Positions 36,243 through 47,133 of a DNA stretch of 64,000 nucleotides are shown here, piece by piece. A program made the translations under genes and the position numbers. The stretch's first letter is position 1. Each line of letters begins with the position of its first letter. This stretch comes from an uncultured bacterium (GTDB lineage Bacteria; Bacillota_I; Bacilli_A; RFN20; CAG-826), in NCBI GenBank assembly GCA_949297805.1, contig CASFTG010000006.1, forward strand, positions 1,623-65,622. The letters run 5' to 3'. Below the pieces are notes generated by a model. The model saw only the letters and a program-made list of their open reading frames with translations. It was not told the origin of the DNA and searched no databases.

Positions 36243-36701
36243 CTATTTCCCGGCCTTATTTTTCTTCAATCGGCGCCGATCCCGCTCGATTAATTTGGCC
36301 ATCAAACGAAGATCATGATCGGTTAAGACAATCGAGGTATCGATTAGGCCGGAGACGCTGGTGAGTTTCTTGTAAATGTAATCCATCGTCGAGGCATAGC
36401 CTTTAAGCTCAGAAGAGGCGACGGTGTCTTTTCTTGGCACCACCGCTTTCTTCTTGTTTGGCTCCAAAGGGGTGGCGAGGTATTCCCGGAACTTCTCGCC
36501 CAAATCGCGGACGTTATAGTCCGGATCAAGGCGGATAAGGGGATAGAAATAGGCTAAAGTATCGCCCAAAACATCGGGATAAACCCCAATCAGATTCGAA
36601 AGGTCGTACAGGGTCACGACTTTCCGTCTGGTCCCCGCGAGTGCGCTGATAATGCGCCGAATCGTGTTCTTGCTGGGCTTGGCCATAGAAGTATTATACA
36701 C
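36243..36701 (-). CDS. Putative DNA-binding protein with Rex-N-terminal-like winged helix
   Basis: 152 aa. KNTIRRIISAL...VVTLYDLSNLIGVYPDVLGDTLAYFYPL...DYNVRDLGEKFREYL resembles the Rex N-terminal DNA-binding domain (..RRDFSYFG..GYNVDYL..F). There is no Rossmann domain, and the C-terminus is basic. Confidence 0.35.
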   Translation of the reverse strand: MYNTSMAKPSKNTIRRIISALAGTRRKVVTLYDLSNLIGVYPDVLGDTLAYFYPLIRLDPDYNVRDLGEKFREYLATPLEPNKKKAVVPRKDTVASSELKGYASTMDYIYKKLTSVSGLIDTSIVLTDHDLRLMAKLIERDRRRLKKNKAGK

Positions 36702-36702
36702 G

Positions 36703-37155
36703 TTAATTTCGGTATTTCCGCATAAAGTAGTTAGAAAGATTTATGCCCAAGCGAACGACGATATTCTCTTTTTCAACCACGTAACCTTGGCTTATGAAAA
36801 ATGGCAAAGCGGTTTTGCTGGCATATACCTCCAACGGATATTGCTCGCCCTGCTCCAAATAGCTAAGCAACGCTTTCCCAACCCCTAAGCGGAAATAGTC
36901 CGGGTCGACGTAAAGCCGGTCGATATACGACCCCTTGGCGTCCCCGAAACCGACGATCCGCCCGTCGATAAAGGCGACGGCGGTTTTCTTATCGAGGAAA
37001 GAATCTCGCCACCAGGCTAAATCATGCCGGCCGATCCAGGCGGATTGCTGGGCCGGCGAATACTCCTTCCCCGTCCCTAGGCGGACCGAACGGATGAAGA
37101 CATCCTCGACGGAAGGCAGATCCGCCTCCTCGATCGGGCGGATGAGGATACTCAT
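36703..37155 (-). CDS. GNAT-family N-acetyltransferase
   Basis: 150 aa. IRPIEEADLPSVEDVF...IDRLYVDPDYFRLGVGKALL is the GNAT motif A region. Confidence 0.75.
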   Translation of the reverse strand: MSILIRPIEEADLPSVEDVFIRSVRLGTGKEYSPAQQSAWIGRHDLAWWRDSFLDKKTAVAFIDGRIVGFGDAKGSYIDRLYVDPDYFRLGVGKALLSYLEQGEQYPLEVYASKTALPFFISQGYVVEKENIVVRLGINLSNYFMRKYRN

Positions 37156-38057
37156 TTCCGGGCCCTCTTCCCTTGCCAGCAGGCGATTAAGACGAAAAGC
37201 CCAAGCATCAGCAAATCGGCGGCCCCGATGACCAAATACATGGCATAGAGGGGGACCGAGTGGCCGAAGAAGGCGAAGCTGACGTCGAAGCCATCGCCGA
37301 TTCCCGCGACCAACGCCCCCGGCAGCGTCTCCCCCATCGCTTCCAAAGCCCCATTGAGAAAGTGATTACGGAACAAGACGGTCGAATAAGTTCCGGGCAA
37401 AAGGGAGGTAAAGTTCCTCACCGCTTCCCCCATCGAGGATAAAGGCATATAAGCCCCGCAGATGAAACCATATAAAGCCGAAATCAAGGCACAGATCGCC
37501 GAATTGACCCCTTGGCTGCGGGTGAAGCTCCAAATGAGGTTGGCCAGCAAGCAGGCGAAGGCGCTGGTCAAGACGATATCGACCGCGATGAGCAAAACAT
37601 CAAGGAAGGAAAGATAAAATCCGACCGCCGACAAATAGATGAGCCCGATCCCCAGCAAGGCAAAGCTGACGATGAGGGTCGAAATCAGGTTGGACAAAAC
37701 ATAACTAAGGGTCAAAAGCCATCGGGGCAACGGGGTGACTAGGAAGTCGAGGTCGGCTTTATTGACCTTATCGATAATCATGACGCCGGAGCAGAAACTG
37801 ACGGTAAAGCAAGAGGTGGCCAAGACCGAGGAGACAAGCCAACCCCCGGTAAAGCCGTCGATCAGCGGTTGCTCGATCGTTAGCCCGCCCAATAGATTAA
37901 GCAAGGTCTGCTCGTAGTTCCGCCCAAGGAAGGTGATGAAAAGCAGCAAAAGGATCATCGGGGTGATGAGGGAAACCAAAAAGGTCATCGGATCCTTGAA
38001 ATAGAGTTTGCAGTTCCGCCTTATCAGGGCGGAGAAAGCCCGATAGTTCTGCTTCAT
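37152..38057 (-). CDS. ABC-2 type transporter permease
   Basis: 301 aa with six hydrophobic segments. It shows 4-nt overlaps with both the ATPase gene and the GNAT gene. Confidence 0.7.
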   Translation of the reverse strand: MKQNYRAFSALIRRNCKLYFKDPMTFLVSLITPMILLLLFITFLGRNYEQTLLNLLGGLTIEQPLIDGFTGGWLVSSVLATSCFTVSFCSGVMIIDKVNKADLDFLVTPLPRWLLTLSYVLSNLISTLIVSFALLGIGLIYLSAVGFYLSFLDVLLIAVDIVLTSAFACLLANLIWSFTRSQGVNSAICALISALYGFICGAYMPLSSMGEAVRNFTSLLPGTYSTVLFRNHFLNGALEAMGETLPGALVAGIGDGFDVSFAFFGHSVPLYAMYLVIGAADLLMLGLFVLIACWQGKRARK

Positions 38058-38965
38058 TGATTGGCTAATTCCTTCCCGGTGACGGCGAGGAAGACGTCAT
38101 CCATCGTCCCTTTGATGATCTCAGCATCCTCGATGTAGGCGGAATGGCGGGACAAAAAGCCCATCGCCTGCTTGGTCGAGCGGAATTTGATCTCAACCCC
38201 GACCTTAATAGGCCGATACTCAACCCGTTGTTCCGCCAATAGATTGAGGAAATCCGGCTCATAACGGTAAACCCGGAGATAATCACCGGCATAACGTTCC
38301 TTCAATTCGATCGGTTTGCCTTCGGCGACCGCCTTCCCTTTGTCGATGAGGAGGACGTAATCGGCGATGGCCGCTTCCTCCATATAATGGGTGGTCAGGA
38401 TGACGGTCAGCTTCCTTTCCTTCCGCAAACGCTCGATTAAGTCCCATACCAGCTTTCTAGTCAAAGGATCGAGCCCAGTCGTCGGCTCATCCAAAATCAA
38501 TATCCGAGGTTCATGGATCAAAGCCCGGGCCAAGTCTACTTTCCGGGTTTGCCCGCCGCTTAATTGGTTGAGCGGCCGCTTCAAAATCCCCTGCAAATCC
38601 AAAGCCGATGAAAGAAAAGCGAGGTTCTGCGCGAATTGGTCGCGTCCTAGCCCGTATAAGCGAGAACGATAGTAAAGATTATCGTAAACCGAAAGCCGTT
38701 TATCGAGGATTGATTGCTGAAAGACGATGCCGATTGAATGGAGGAAGGCGGCTTTTTCCTCAATCGGATGGCCCAAAACCGTCAGACAACCGGAATCGGG
38801 CCGCAAAAGGCCAACCAAAATGCTGATGGTGGTCGATTTGCCAGCCCCATTTACCCCTAAAAAAGCGAAAAGTTCCCCTTCGCGGACGCGGAAGGACAGA
38901 CCATCAACCGCGGTTAACTCGCCATAGCTTTTACGGAGGTCATGGATCTCGATGACGTTGTTCAC
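38054..38965 (-). CDS. ABC transporter ATP-binding protein (ABC-2/DrrA-like)
   Basis: 303 aa. Contains Walker A GVNGAGKST, signature LSGGQTRK and Walker B ILILDEPTTGLDP. The start codon is GTG. Confidence 0.85.
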   Translation of the reverse strand: MNNVIEIHDLRKSYGELTAVDGLSFRVREGELFAFLGVNGAGKSTTISILVGLLRPDSGCLTVLGHPIEEKAAFLHSIGIVFQQSILDKRLSVYDNLYYRSRLYGLGRDQFAQNLAFLSSALDLQGILKRPLNQLSGGQTRKVDLARALIHEPRILILDEPTTGLDPLTRKLVWDLIERLRKERKLTVILTTHYMEEAAIADYVLLIDKGKAVAEGKPIELKERYAGDYLRVYRYEPDFLNLLAEQRVEYRPIKVGVEIKFRSTKQAMGFLSRHSAYIEDAEIIKGTMDDVFLAVTGKELANQ

Positions 38966-39034
38966 TCGGTTATTTTATCGAAAATCCCCCGATGTGGCCT
39001 ATAAAAGTTTTGTTAAATCGGAACGGCAAAAAAC

Positions 39035-40375
39035 TCAAAGCGTTTCCCAATAGCCCGATTTCCGTGATCCGACTCTCCGGACATATCCCTTTTTGACAAG
39101 GGAATCGATGTGCCGGTGGACGGTGGGAACGGAAACACCAACCAATTGAGACAGCTCTTTCAGATTGAGGTATTTATCTTGTTTCAAAGCCTTGATTATC
39201 TTTTGGTCAATGGCGTTTATCTTATCATTTATCTTATCATTTATCTTATCATTAAGAAAATTGGGATTCCTGACGAAGATAAAGGTGAATCCGAACTCAT
39301 CGTTCCGATACTCGTAATCGACATTGGCTTGGGCACATAGGGTAAAGGTTCGATCGAAACCGGTTCCAAACGCTTCGATGGACCCGCATTTGTAAAGCAC
39401 TGAGGCAATCAAGACGTTGCGGATTTTGCTTCCAACCTTAGAAGAAGCGAAATCCTTCGGGTCGATATTCTTGTATATTGGCCCTGGATTGTAGATTCTA
39501 ATCGATGAGCGAAATATCGTAACGGAGTTATAGTCGCCTTTGACGCCGTAATTGCTATGGGCAAAACTATTGATCACGATTTCTCGAATCGCTTTCATCG
39601 GGATTTCCGGGGTTTCCACCCTTTGCAGCCCTTCAATCGTGGCTTTATAGGAGATGTGGCTTTGCAAATAAGAGACCGCTTCGTCAATGCATTCAAACAC
39701 ATTGCCTCGGAATTCCTTTATTTCCCCAAACTCGCTTCGGGAATCAGTTGGGAAGCAGGCTTCTTTTAGGGTGATCGGCTTCCCTTTTCCAAACAAATAG
39801 TAACCAGCGGTTTTGAGTCGGCCCTCCTCATCCAGCAGATCGAGTTTGATCAAAGCTTCCCTAAGATCGCGATAAACATAATTCATCCGGCCTTTTTCGT
39901 TCGCTCGCCGGATCACGTCGATGACCAAATCCTCATCGATATTCTCTAACCCATAAGCGGTCGGTTTGTCCTCCCACTTCGAATAATCGTAGGTTTTGTC
40001 CTCGAAGAATTTCTGCAATTGATCGTTGGTCATCGGAATATCGCCATCATCGACCCGGTAATAGTAACGACCATAGGCGGAATAGGGGGTGTCATCGCCG
40101 CTAACCACGATTTTGATGACTTTAATACCTTCGATTTCCTCGACCCCTACATCCAATTCGGTGGGCATGGGTTTCAGATTGATTCGAATCTCATTCGAGA
40201 CATCCGCAAGGGTCTTTTTGGTGATATCGAACCTAAAGGGTTTTTTATCGGGATCGATTCCGAAATACAGAAGGCCGTACCGACATTTGTTGAGCATTGA
40301 GCTCAAGGAAATAACGCCTTCTTTCAGCTGATTTAATGATTTTTTGTATTCAATGGTTAGGCCTTCCTCTTCCAT
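39035..40375 (-). CDS. AlbA_2 (Schlafen-like) / HATPase_c_4 / wHTH putative DNA-binding protein
   Basis: 446 aa. The N-terminal IEYKKSL...LLYFGID is AlbA_2-like, AIREIVINSFAHSNY is the RecG-C-terminal-like HATPase_c_4 motif, and the C-terminus has a winged HTH (LSQLVGVSVPTVHRHIDSLVKKGYV). AGGAG RBS. Confidence 0.7.
   Translation of the reverse strand: MEEEGLTIEYKKSLNQLKEGVISLSSMLNKCRYGLLYFGIDPDKKPFRFDITKKTLADVSNEIRINLKPMPTELDVGVEEIEGIKVIKIVVSGDDTPYSAYGRYYYRVDDGDIPMTNDQLQKFFEDKTYDYSKWEDKPTAYGLENIDEDLVIDVIRRANEKGRMNYVYRDLREALIKLDLLDEEGRLKTAGYYLFGKGKPITLKEACFPTDSRSEFGEIKEFRGNVFECIDEAVSYLQSHISYKATIEGLQRVETPEIPMKAIREIVINSFAHSNYGVKGDYNSVTIFRSSIRIYNPGPIYKNIDPKDFASSKVGSKIRNVLIASVLYKCGSIEAFGTGFDRTFTLCAQANVDYEYRNDEFGFTFIFVRNPNFLNDKINDKINDKINAIDQKIIKALKQDKYLNLKELSQLVGVSVPTVHRHIDSLVKKGYVRRVGSRKSGYWETL
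39216..39253. repeat. 12-bp tandem repeat (3 copies) inside the AlbA_2 gene
   Basis: TTTATCTTATCA x3 on the plus strand, encoding DKINDKINDKIN between the HATPase-like domain and the HTH. Confidence 0.9.
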
Positions 40376-40404
40376 AATCTATCTCCTAGGTTTACCGGTT
40401 CGGT

Positions 40405-40452
40405 CTTATCTTATCATTTATCTTATCATTTATCTAATCATTTATCTTATCA
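40405..40452. repeat. Same 12-bp tandem repeat (4 copies) in the promoter region of the AlbA_2 gene
   Basis: CTTATCTTATCA, TTTATCTTATCA, TTTATCTAATCA, TTTATCTTATCA, in the same orientation as the intragenic copies. They lie 30 nt upstream of the ATG. Confidence 0.9.
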
Positions 40453-40471
40453 TCGAAGGCTAAGCCGATAA

Positions 40472-40498
40472 GAAAAACGCCTAGCGGTGGCCGGCGTT
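40472..40498 (-). terminator. Possible terminator after tRNA-Lys
   Basis: On the minus strand: AACGCC-12 nt loop-GGCGTT followed by TTTTC. The stem is short. Confidence 0.35.
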
Positions 40499-40510
40499 AT
40501 CAATCGTTTC

Positions 40511-40586
<76 letters not shown>

Positions 40587-40649
40587 AGTGGCGCTATTTA
40601 GCGCTCAACAAGTATACCCCTACCCCCTAATGGGTACAATAGGCAATTT

Positions 40650-41705
40650 TCACTCCGAACCTTGATCGGCATTTTCCTCGATGCCATCGTGATTATCCAC
40701 GGTTTCTTCTGTTCCGATTACCCCATAGACCAAGGTCCCCGACAGCCGATCATGCAGGCTTTGTTTCCGCTTGCTCATGAGCAAGACGATGAAATCGACC
40801 AAGAAGAGGAAACCGGAAAGAAGGATCAAAAACGAAGCGTTGAAAGGCAAAGCCGGCAGCATAAAGAGCAAGGCGATAAATAGGTAATGCCGAAGACATT
40901 GATGCCACCTGGCTTGCTTCCCGTCTTTATCGACTAGATGAAGGCGGAAAACCAACTTACCGACCGTCCGTCCTTTGAATAGCGATGGGACCAAGCCGAA
41001 GATAAGGAGAGGGGGGATCAAAATAGAGGGCAACGATTCAAAATAAAGGATGTCCGAGCATTCTTGATAAAGGGAAAGGTAAACCGGCTGCTCGCTGAAA
41101 TGGTAAAAGGCGTCGACATAAGCCCCTTTCGCCACCCCATCCTCGACTCGATAATAGAAAGATAGAAGCCGCTCCGCCGCCTCCTCTTTGCTCTCTTCAT
41201 CGGCAAGCTGCCCCTTAATCGAATCGGAATACTCCGGCTTATCCGTCAAGGAGGAGGGCAGAGCGAAATAGGGGTTGATGGAAGAGCCGTCATAGCCATA
41301 GACGTGTTCATAAATCCAGCGCCCCACCGCTTCCGCGTCGCTTTCGTCGCCGAGGAAACCATCCTCGGGATAAAACCGCAGGTCGGGATTAACGGCGACC
41401 GCGAAGTAATAATCCCACACGATCGATCCATATTCATCGGCCCCCAGGGTCCCGTCCTCGCCGATCGGATCGAAATAGAAGGCCGTCCCCTTCTCATCGG
41501 CTAAGCCAGACTCATCGACTAAAGATGACATCGCCTCGCGTTTCGCCTCATACCCCAATGGGGATTCGATTCCATATTTCCCCAAGGTGAAATACAAAAC
41601 GATCGATAAAACGAGGGAAGCGCCGGCGTCGAGTAAGAAGGCGAAGCAACGGGTGCCATAGCCTTTGAAGCCTAAAACCTTATCCATGCTAGGCGATTTT
41701 AGCAT
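40650..41705 (-). CDS. RDD-family membrane protein
   Basis: 351 aa. Contains RCFAFLLDAGASLVL at the N-terminus and GRTVGKLVFRLHLVD...SLHDRLSGTLVY at the C-terminus, with a long acidic loop between them. The start is uncertain (alternative ATG at 41687). Confidence 0.65.
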   Translation of the reverse strand: MLKSPSMDKVLGFKGYGTRCFAFLLDAGASLVLSIVLYFTLGKYGIESPLGYEAKREAMSSLVDESGLADEKGTAFYFDPIGEDGTLGADEYGSIVWDYYFAVAVNPDLRFYPEDGFLGDESDAEAVGRWIYEHVYGYDGSSINPYFALPSSLTDKPEYSDSIKGQLADEESKEEAAERLLSFYYRVEDGVAKGAYVDAFYHFSEQPVYLSLYQECSDILYFESLPSILIPPLLIFGLVPSLFKGRTVGKLVFRLHLVDKDGKQARWHQCLRHYLFIALLFMLPALPFNASFLILLSGFLFLVDFIVLLMSKRKQSLHDRLSGTLVYGVIGTEETVDNHDGIEENADQGSE

Positions 41706-41708
41706 AAG

Positions 41709-41735
41709 AAAAGCCCTCCGCCGAAGCAGAGGGCT
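41709..41735 (-). terminator. Rho-independent terminator after tuf
   Basis: On the minus strand: GCCCTCTGC-TTCG-GCGGAGGGC followed by TTTTCTT. Confidence 0.8.
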
Positions 41736-41752
41736 AATTTGGCTAAATCCTA

Positions 41753-42946
<1,194 letters not shown>

Positions 42947-42990
42947 TTGTTATTTCCTCCAAAAATGGTTTGAGACTTTCTGGCTTGCTA

Positions 42991-43019
42991 ATGATAAGAC
43001 AAGCGGATTTTCTTTACAA
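42991..43019 (-). promoter_or_regulatory. Candidate internal promoter for tuf
   Basis: On the minus strand: TTGTAA-17 nt-TATCAT in the fusA-tuf spacer. Confidence 0.35.
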
Positions 43020-43035
43020 TACTTATCAGTATTGC

Positions 43036-45129
43036 TTATTTGCCGGAAGCCTTCTTCACGACCGCGTCTTGGATGAAGCGCGGGCATTCGCCATAGTGGT
43101 CGAAGGTCATCGTGAAGTTGCCGCGGCCTTGGGTCAACGAGCGGAGGTCGGTGACGTAGCCGAACATCTCGGCGAGCGGGATCTCGGCGTCGATCTGCTT
43201 GGCGTTGCCCCGCTGGGTTTCCCCGGTCATGTTGCCGCGCCGGCGAGCGATATCGCCGATGACGTCGCCGTAATATTGCTCCGGCACGGTGATCTCGACC
43301 TTCATGATCGGCTCAAGAAGGACCGGGTCGCACTTCGGGGCAGCGGCCTTAAGGGCCATCGAAGCGGCGATCTTATAGGCGGCTTCCGAGGAGTCGACGT
43401 CGTGGTAGGACCCGTCGAAGAGGGTGGCTTTGACGTCGATTAGCGGATAGCCGGCGATGACGCCGCGGGTGAGGGCATCCTCCAACCCTTGCTGGGTCGG
43501 TTTGATGAATTCCTTCGGGACGGCGCCGCCGACGATGGCGTCGACGAACTCGAAGCCTTTGCCCGGGTTCGGCTCGAAGCGGATCCAAACGTCGCCGTAT
43601 TGGCCATGGCCGCCGGTCTGCTTGACGTAACGGCCTTCGGCTTCGCCGGTCTTGCGGATGGTCTCGCGGTAGTTGACCTGCGGGGCCCCGACGTTGACCT
43701 CAACCTTGAATTCGCGGCGCATCCGCTCGACGAGGACGTCGAGTTGGAGCTCGCCGACGCCGGCGATGATGGTTTGGCCGGAATCGGGATCGGTATGGAC
43801 GCGGAAGGTCGGGTCTTCCTCGGCGAGTTTAGTAAGGGCGACCGACATCTTCTCCTGGTCGGCCTTGGTCTTCGGCTCAACCGCTTCTTCGAGAACCGGT
43901 TCGGGGAAGACGAGGTTTTCGAGGACGACCGGTTCATCCTCGGTGCAGAGGGTGTCGCCGGTGGTGGTCGACTTGAGGCCGACGATGGCCCCGATTTCGC
44001 CAGCGCGGAGCATTTCCACTTCCTGGCGGTGGTTGGCGTGCATCAAGACAAGGCGGGCGATCCGTTCCTTGACCCCGCGGGAAGAGTTATAGACATAGGA
44101 ACCGCTCTTGAGGACGCCTTGATAGACGCGGACGTAGGCTAGCCGGCCGATGAAGGGGTCGGTCGCGATCTTGAAGGCCAATCCGACGAACGGCTTGTCG
44201 TCGGTCGCTTCGCAGACGTAGTCTTCCCCGTTCAAAACCCCTTTCTCGCCTGGGATGTCAAGCGGGGAAGGCAAATACTCGACGACGGCGTCAAGCAACG
44301 GCTGGATGCACTTGTTCTTGTAGGCCGAGCCGCAGAGGACCGGGAAGAATTCGCCGGTCAAGACGGCTTTGCGGATGGTCTTCTTGATGATATCGGCCGG
44401 GACGTCTTCGCCTTCGAGGACCATCATCATGAGGTCATCGTCGAAGGCGGCGAGCTTCTCAAGCAGGGTCGAGCGGTATTCGTCGACCTTGGCTTGGTAT
44501 TCGGCCGGGATGTCGGTGATGGTCGGGGCATCGTTTTTGTCGTCCCCGTAGAGATAGGCTTTCTTCTCGATGATGTCGATGCAGCCTTTGAAGCTCGATT
44601 CGCGGCCGATCGGGCATTGGATGGCGGCGGCGTTGGCGGCTAGCCTCTCATGAAGCGAGGCGACGCACATATCGAAGTCGGCCCCGGTGGCGTCCATCTT
44701 GTTGCAGAAGACGATCCGCGGGACGTTGTACTTGGTGCCTTGGCGCCAGACGGTCTCGGTTTGCGGCTCAACGCCGTTTTTCGAGTCGAGGACGGTGACG
44801 GCGCCGTCAAGGACACGGAGGGAGCGTTCGACCTCGACGGTGAAGTCGACGTGCCCCGGAGTGTCGATGATGTTGAACCGGTTGCCCTTCCAAAAGCAGG
44901 TGGTCGCCGAAGAGGTGATGGTGATGCCCCGCTCCTGCTCCTCTTCCATCCAGTCCATGGTGGCGGTGCCTTCGTGGACTTCGCCGATCTTATGAGTCCG
45001 GCCGGTGTAGTAGAGGATACGCTCGGTGGTCGTGGTCTTGCCGGCATCGATGTGGGCCATGATGCCGATGTTCCGGGTGTGGGGAAGGTCGTAGGATTCG
45101 GTTTCGGTAATGGTGTTTTCGTCAGCCAT
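43036..45129 (-). CDS. fusA: Elongation factor G
   Basis: 697 aa. Contains [20 protein letters not shown] and NKMD motifs. Confidence 0.98.
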   Translation of the reverse strand: MADENTITETESYDLPHTRNIGIMAHIDAGKTTTTERILYYTGRTHKIGEVHEGTATMDWMEEEQERGITITSSATTCFWKGNRFNIIDTPGHVDFTVEVERSLRVLDGAVTVLDSKNGVEPQTETVWRQGTKYNVPRIVFCNKMDATGADFDMCVASLHERLAANAAAIQCPIGRESSFKGCIDIIEKKAYLYGDDKNDAPTITDIPAEYQAKVDEYRSTLLEKLAAFDDDLMMMVLEGEDVPADIIKKTIRKAVLTGEFFPVLCGSAYKNKCIQPLLDAVVEYLPSPLDIPGEKGVLNGEDYVCEATDDKPFVGLAFKIATDPFIGRLAYVRVYQGVLKSGSYVYNSSRGVKERIARLVLMHANHRQEVEMLRAGEIGAIVGLKSTTTGDTLCTEDEPVVLENLVFPEPVLEEAVEPKTKADQEKMSVALTKLAEEDPTFRVHTDPDSGQTIIAGVGELQLDVLVERMRREFKVEVNVGAPQVNYRETIRKTGEAEGRYVKQTGGHGQYGDVWIRFEPNPGKGFEFVDAIVGGAVPKEFIKPTQQGLEDALTRGVIAGYPLIDVKATLFDGSYHDVDSSEAAYKIAASMALKAAAPKCDPVLLEPIMKVEITVPEQYYGDVIGDIARRRGNMTGETQRGNAKQIDAEIPLAEMFGYVTDLRSLTQGRGNFTMTFDHYGECPRFIQDAVVKKASGK

Positions 45130-45146
45130 AGATCTTTTCCTTTCGC

Positions 45147-45617
45147 TTACCAGCGATAATGGGCGTAGGCCTTATTGGCTTCGGCCATCTTGTGGACGTC
45201 TTCCTTCTTCTTGACCGAGGCGCCGGTGCCGTTGGCGGCATCGATGATCTCGGCGGCGAGTTTGTTTTCCATGGTCTTTTCGCCACGGAGACGGGCATAG
45301 GTCACGAGCCAACGGAGGCCGAGGGTCTGCTTCCGTTCGGGGGAAACCTCGACCGGGACCTGGTAGTTGGCGGCGCCGATGCGGCGGACTTTGAGTTCGA
45401 CTTCCGGCATGATGTTGTTGATGGCGGTCGCGAAGACGTCGATCGCCGGCTTGCCGGTCTTCTCCTCGATCTGCTTAAAGGCTTTGTAGATGATGGTTTG
45501 GGCGGTGCCGCGCTTGCCATCGTACATAACCCGGTTGATGAGGCGGGTGACGAGTTTGGAGTTATAAACCGGATCGGGCAGAACGTCCCGTTTTTCGACA
45601 GTACCTTTTCTTGGCAT
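45147..45617 (-). CDS. rpsG: 30S ribosomal protein S7
   Basis: 156 aa. MPRKG...PDPVYNS...KAYAHYRW. Confidence 0.97.
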   Translation of the reverse strand: MPRKGTVEKRDVLPDPVYNSKLVTRLINRVMYDGKRGTAQTIIYKAFKQIEEKTGKPAIDVFATAINNIMPEVELKVRRIGAANYQVPVEVSPERKQTLGLRWLVTYARLRGEKTMENKLAAEIIDAANGTGASVKKKEDVHKMAEANKAYAHYRW

Positions 45618-45631
45618 GGTTAATTATCTCC

Positions 45632-46051
45632 TTACTTCGATTCCTTCGGCTTCTTGGTGCCGTAGAGGGAGCGGCCTTGGCGGCGGGCTTCGATGCCGGC
45701 GCAGTCGAGGCAGCCACGGATGATGTGGTAACGGACACCCGGGAGGTCTTTGACACGGCCGCCACGGATCATGACGGTCGAGTGCTCCTGGAGGTTGTGC
45801 CCTTCCCCGCCGATGTAGGCGGTGACTTCATAGCCGTTGCTTAAGCGGACACGGGCGTACTTCCGAAGAGCCGAGTTCGGTTTCTTCGGGGTCATGGTGC
45901 CGACACGGGTGCAGACGCCCCGCTTCTGGGCGGAGGGCTGGTTGCTGCTCCGTTTGGTCAAGGAGTTCCATCTCTTCCCGAGAGCCGGGGATTTGGATTT
46001 CTTGACGGCGGAGACGCGGCCCTGCCGAACTAACTGATTGATGGTTGGCAT
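45632..46051 (-). CDS. rpsL: 30S ribosomal protein S12
   Basis: 139 aa. [12 protein letters not shown]...[16 protein letters not shown]. The Bacillota-type insertion after KSPAL is present. Confidence 0.97.
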   Translation of the reverse strand: MPTINQLVRQGRVSAVKKSKSPALGKRWNSLTKRSSNQPSAQKRGVCTRVGTMTPKKPNSALRKYARVRLSNGYEVTAYIGGEGHNLQEHSTVMIRGGRVKDLPGVRYHIIRGCLDCAGIEARRQGRSLYGTKKPKESK

Positions 46052-46153
46052 TTTGCGTGATTTCTCCTTAATTTTCTTTCACACGTATCCCGGCGTATCA
46101 ACGCCAGGGGTTCGAATGAGGGCAAACTAAGCCCTAATTCGCGTCCGGGCGGA

Positions 46154-46182
46154 ATTGTAGACTAGCTGCCATGCGCAGTCAA
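46154..46182 (-). promoter_or_regulatory. Candidate sigma-70 promoter of the rpsL-rpsG-fusA-tuf operon
   Basis: On the minus strand: TTGACT-17 nt-TACAAT, about 100 nt upstream of rpsL. Confidence 0.55.
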
Positions 46183-46226
46183 ACAATATTTTCGTAAGTT
46201 GTTTTGAAAGTTAGCTGAAGCATATT

Positions 46227-46784
46227 TCAGCGGTTTTCCCGTCGCATGTCCAACAACCTGTCAAGGTAATGAAAAGCCAAATCGTATCGTTCTTCCTCTA
46301 GATCGCCATTAATGTTGAGGACCGCCGAATCCGCCACCATCAAAGCAACCATCTGCTCCTTCTCGGTGAAAGTTATATCCTCATCAAGTAAATCCGATCC
46401 TGTGAAAGGAACGAAGGAAACGATAAGTTCATCATTAAGATCCGTTCCATCATTAATTAAATAGGCGGAGACACTCTCCCCAAGTATATTCTCATTCAAA
46501 TAATAGTCGGGATCAGGAGAGGCACTCGGGTCCGATGGGCCAAAGCCATAACCGTCCGTCAAATCCCTAATGAAACCCCGATACCTAATTAACCGGAGAT
46601 CGTCAAAGCCATCATCGAGGTTTTCAACTAAAGTCAACAGTCCATCCCGTTCATATAACGGGCCCATTGTCGCCATAAGATCGGGGAAAGTCTCAAAATC
46701 GATAAACCTCCCCCTCCCTTCTGGCGAACAAGATACCAGCAGGCAGCCAAGCAAAGACCAAATGACTTTTTTAGTAATTGTCAT
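46227..46784 (-). CDS. Hypothetical lipoprotein
   Basis: 185 aa. MTITKKVIWSLLGCLLVSCSPEG has a lipobox (LVSC), and the mature part is acidic. Confidence 0.55.
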   Translation of the reverse strand: MTITKKVIWSLLGCLLVSCSPEGRGRFIDFETFPDLMATMGPLYERDGLLTLVENLDDGFDDLRLIRYRGFIRDLTDGYGFGPSDPSASPDPDYYLNENILGESVSAYLINDGTDLNDELIVSFVPFTGSDLLDEDITFTEKEQMVALMVADSAVLNINGDLEEERYDLAFHYLDRLLDMRRENR

Positions 46785-46987
46785 ACTTCAATGCCTTCGA
46801 TGGCGTTGGAGGCGGTGACGCTGTAACGACGCGCCCGTTCGTGCAACCGATTCAATTTGGTCTTGGTCGGCAAAGCGAAAGTCTTGCCTCGGTAAAACTC
46901 GACCCCCGACAACAATCGGAGGATTAGATCGCCACTTTGACTAAGTTTGGCGACCGCGGCTTCCAACTGGATGGTTCGCATAAGCAA
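46781..46987 (-). pseudogene. Possible N-terminal remnant of a Fic-family gene
   Basis: The 68-aa ORF ends in ...ERARRYSVTASNAIEGIEV. This resembles the SS/SNAIEG(N/I) element that precedes the Fic core, but no Fic core (HPFxxGNGR) follows. The stop overlaps the start of the lipoprotein gene. Confidence 0.3.
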
Positions 46988-47133
46988 AGACCACCATAAA
47001 CAATTTTAATTGCATATTTTTTTGGCAAAAGTATGCAGTTAGAAATTAGAATCCACGTTCTGTTGTTCTATTGGAAAAACTCAAATAACTAAAAAAGCCC
47101 GTTAAAGACGGGCAAACCATTGAATAGGAAGAG

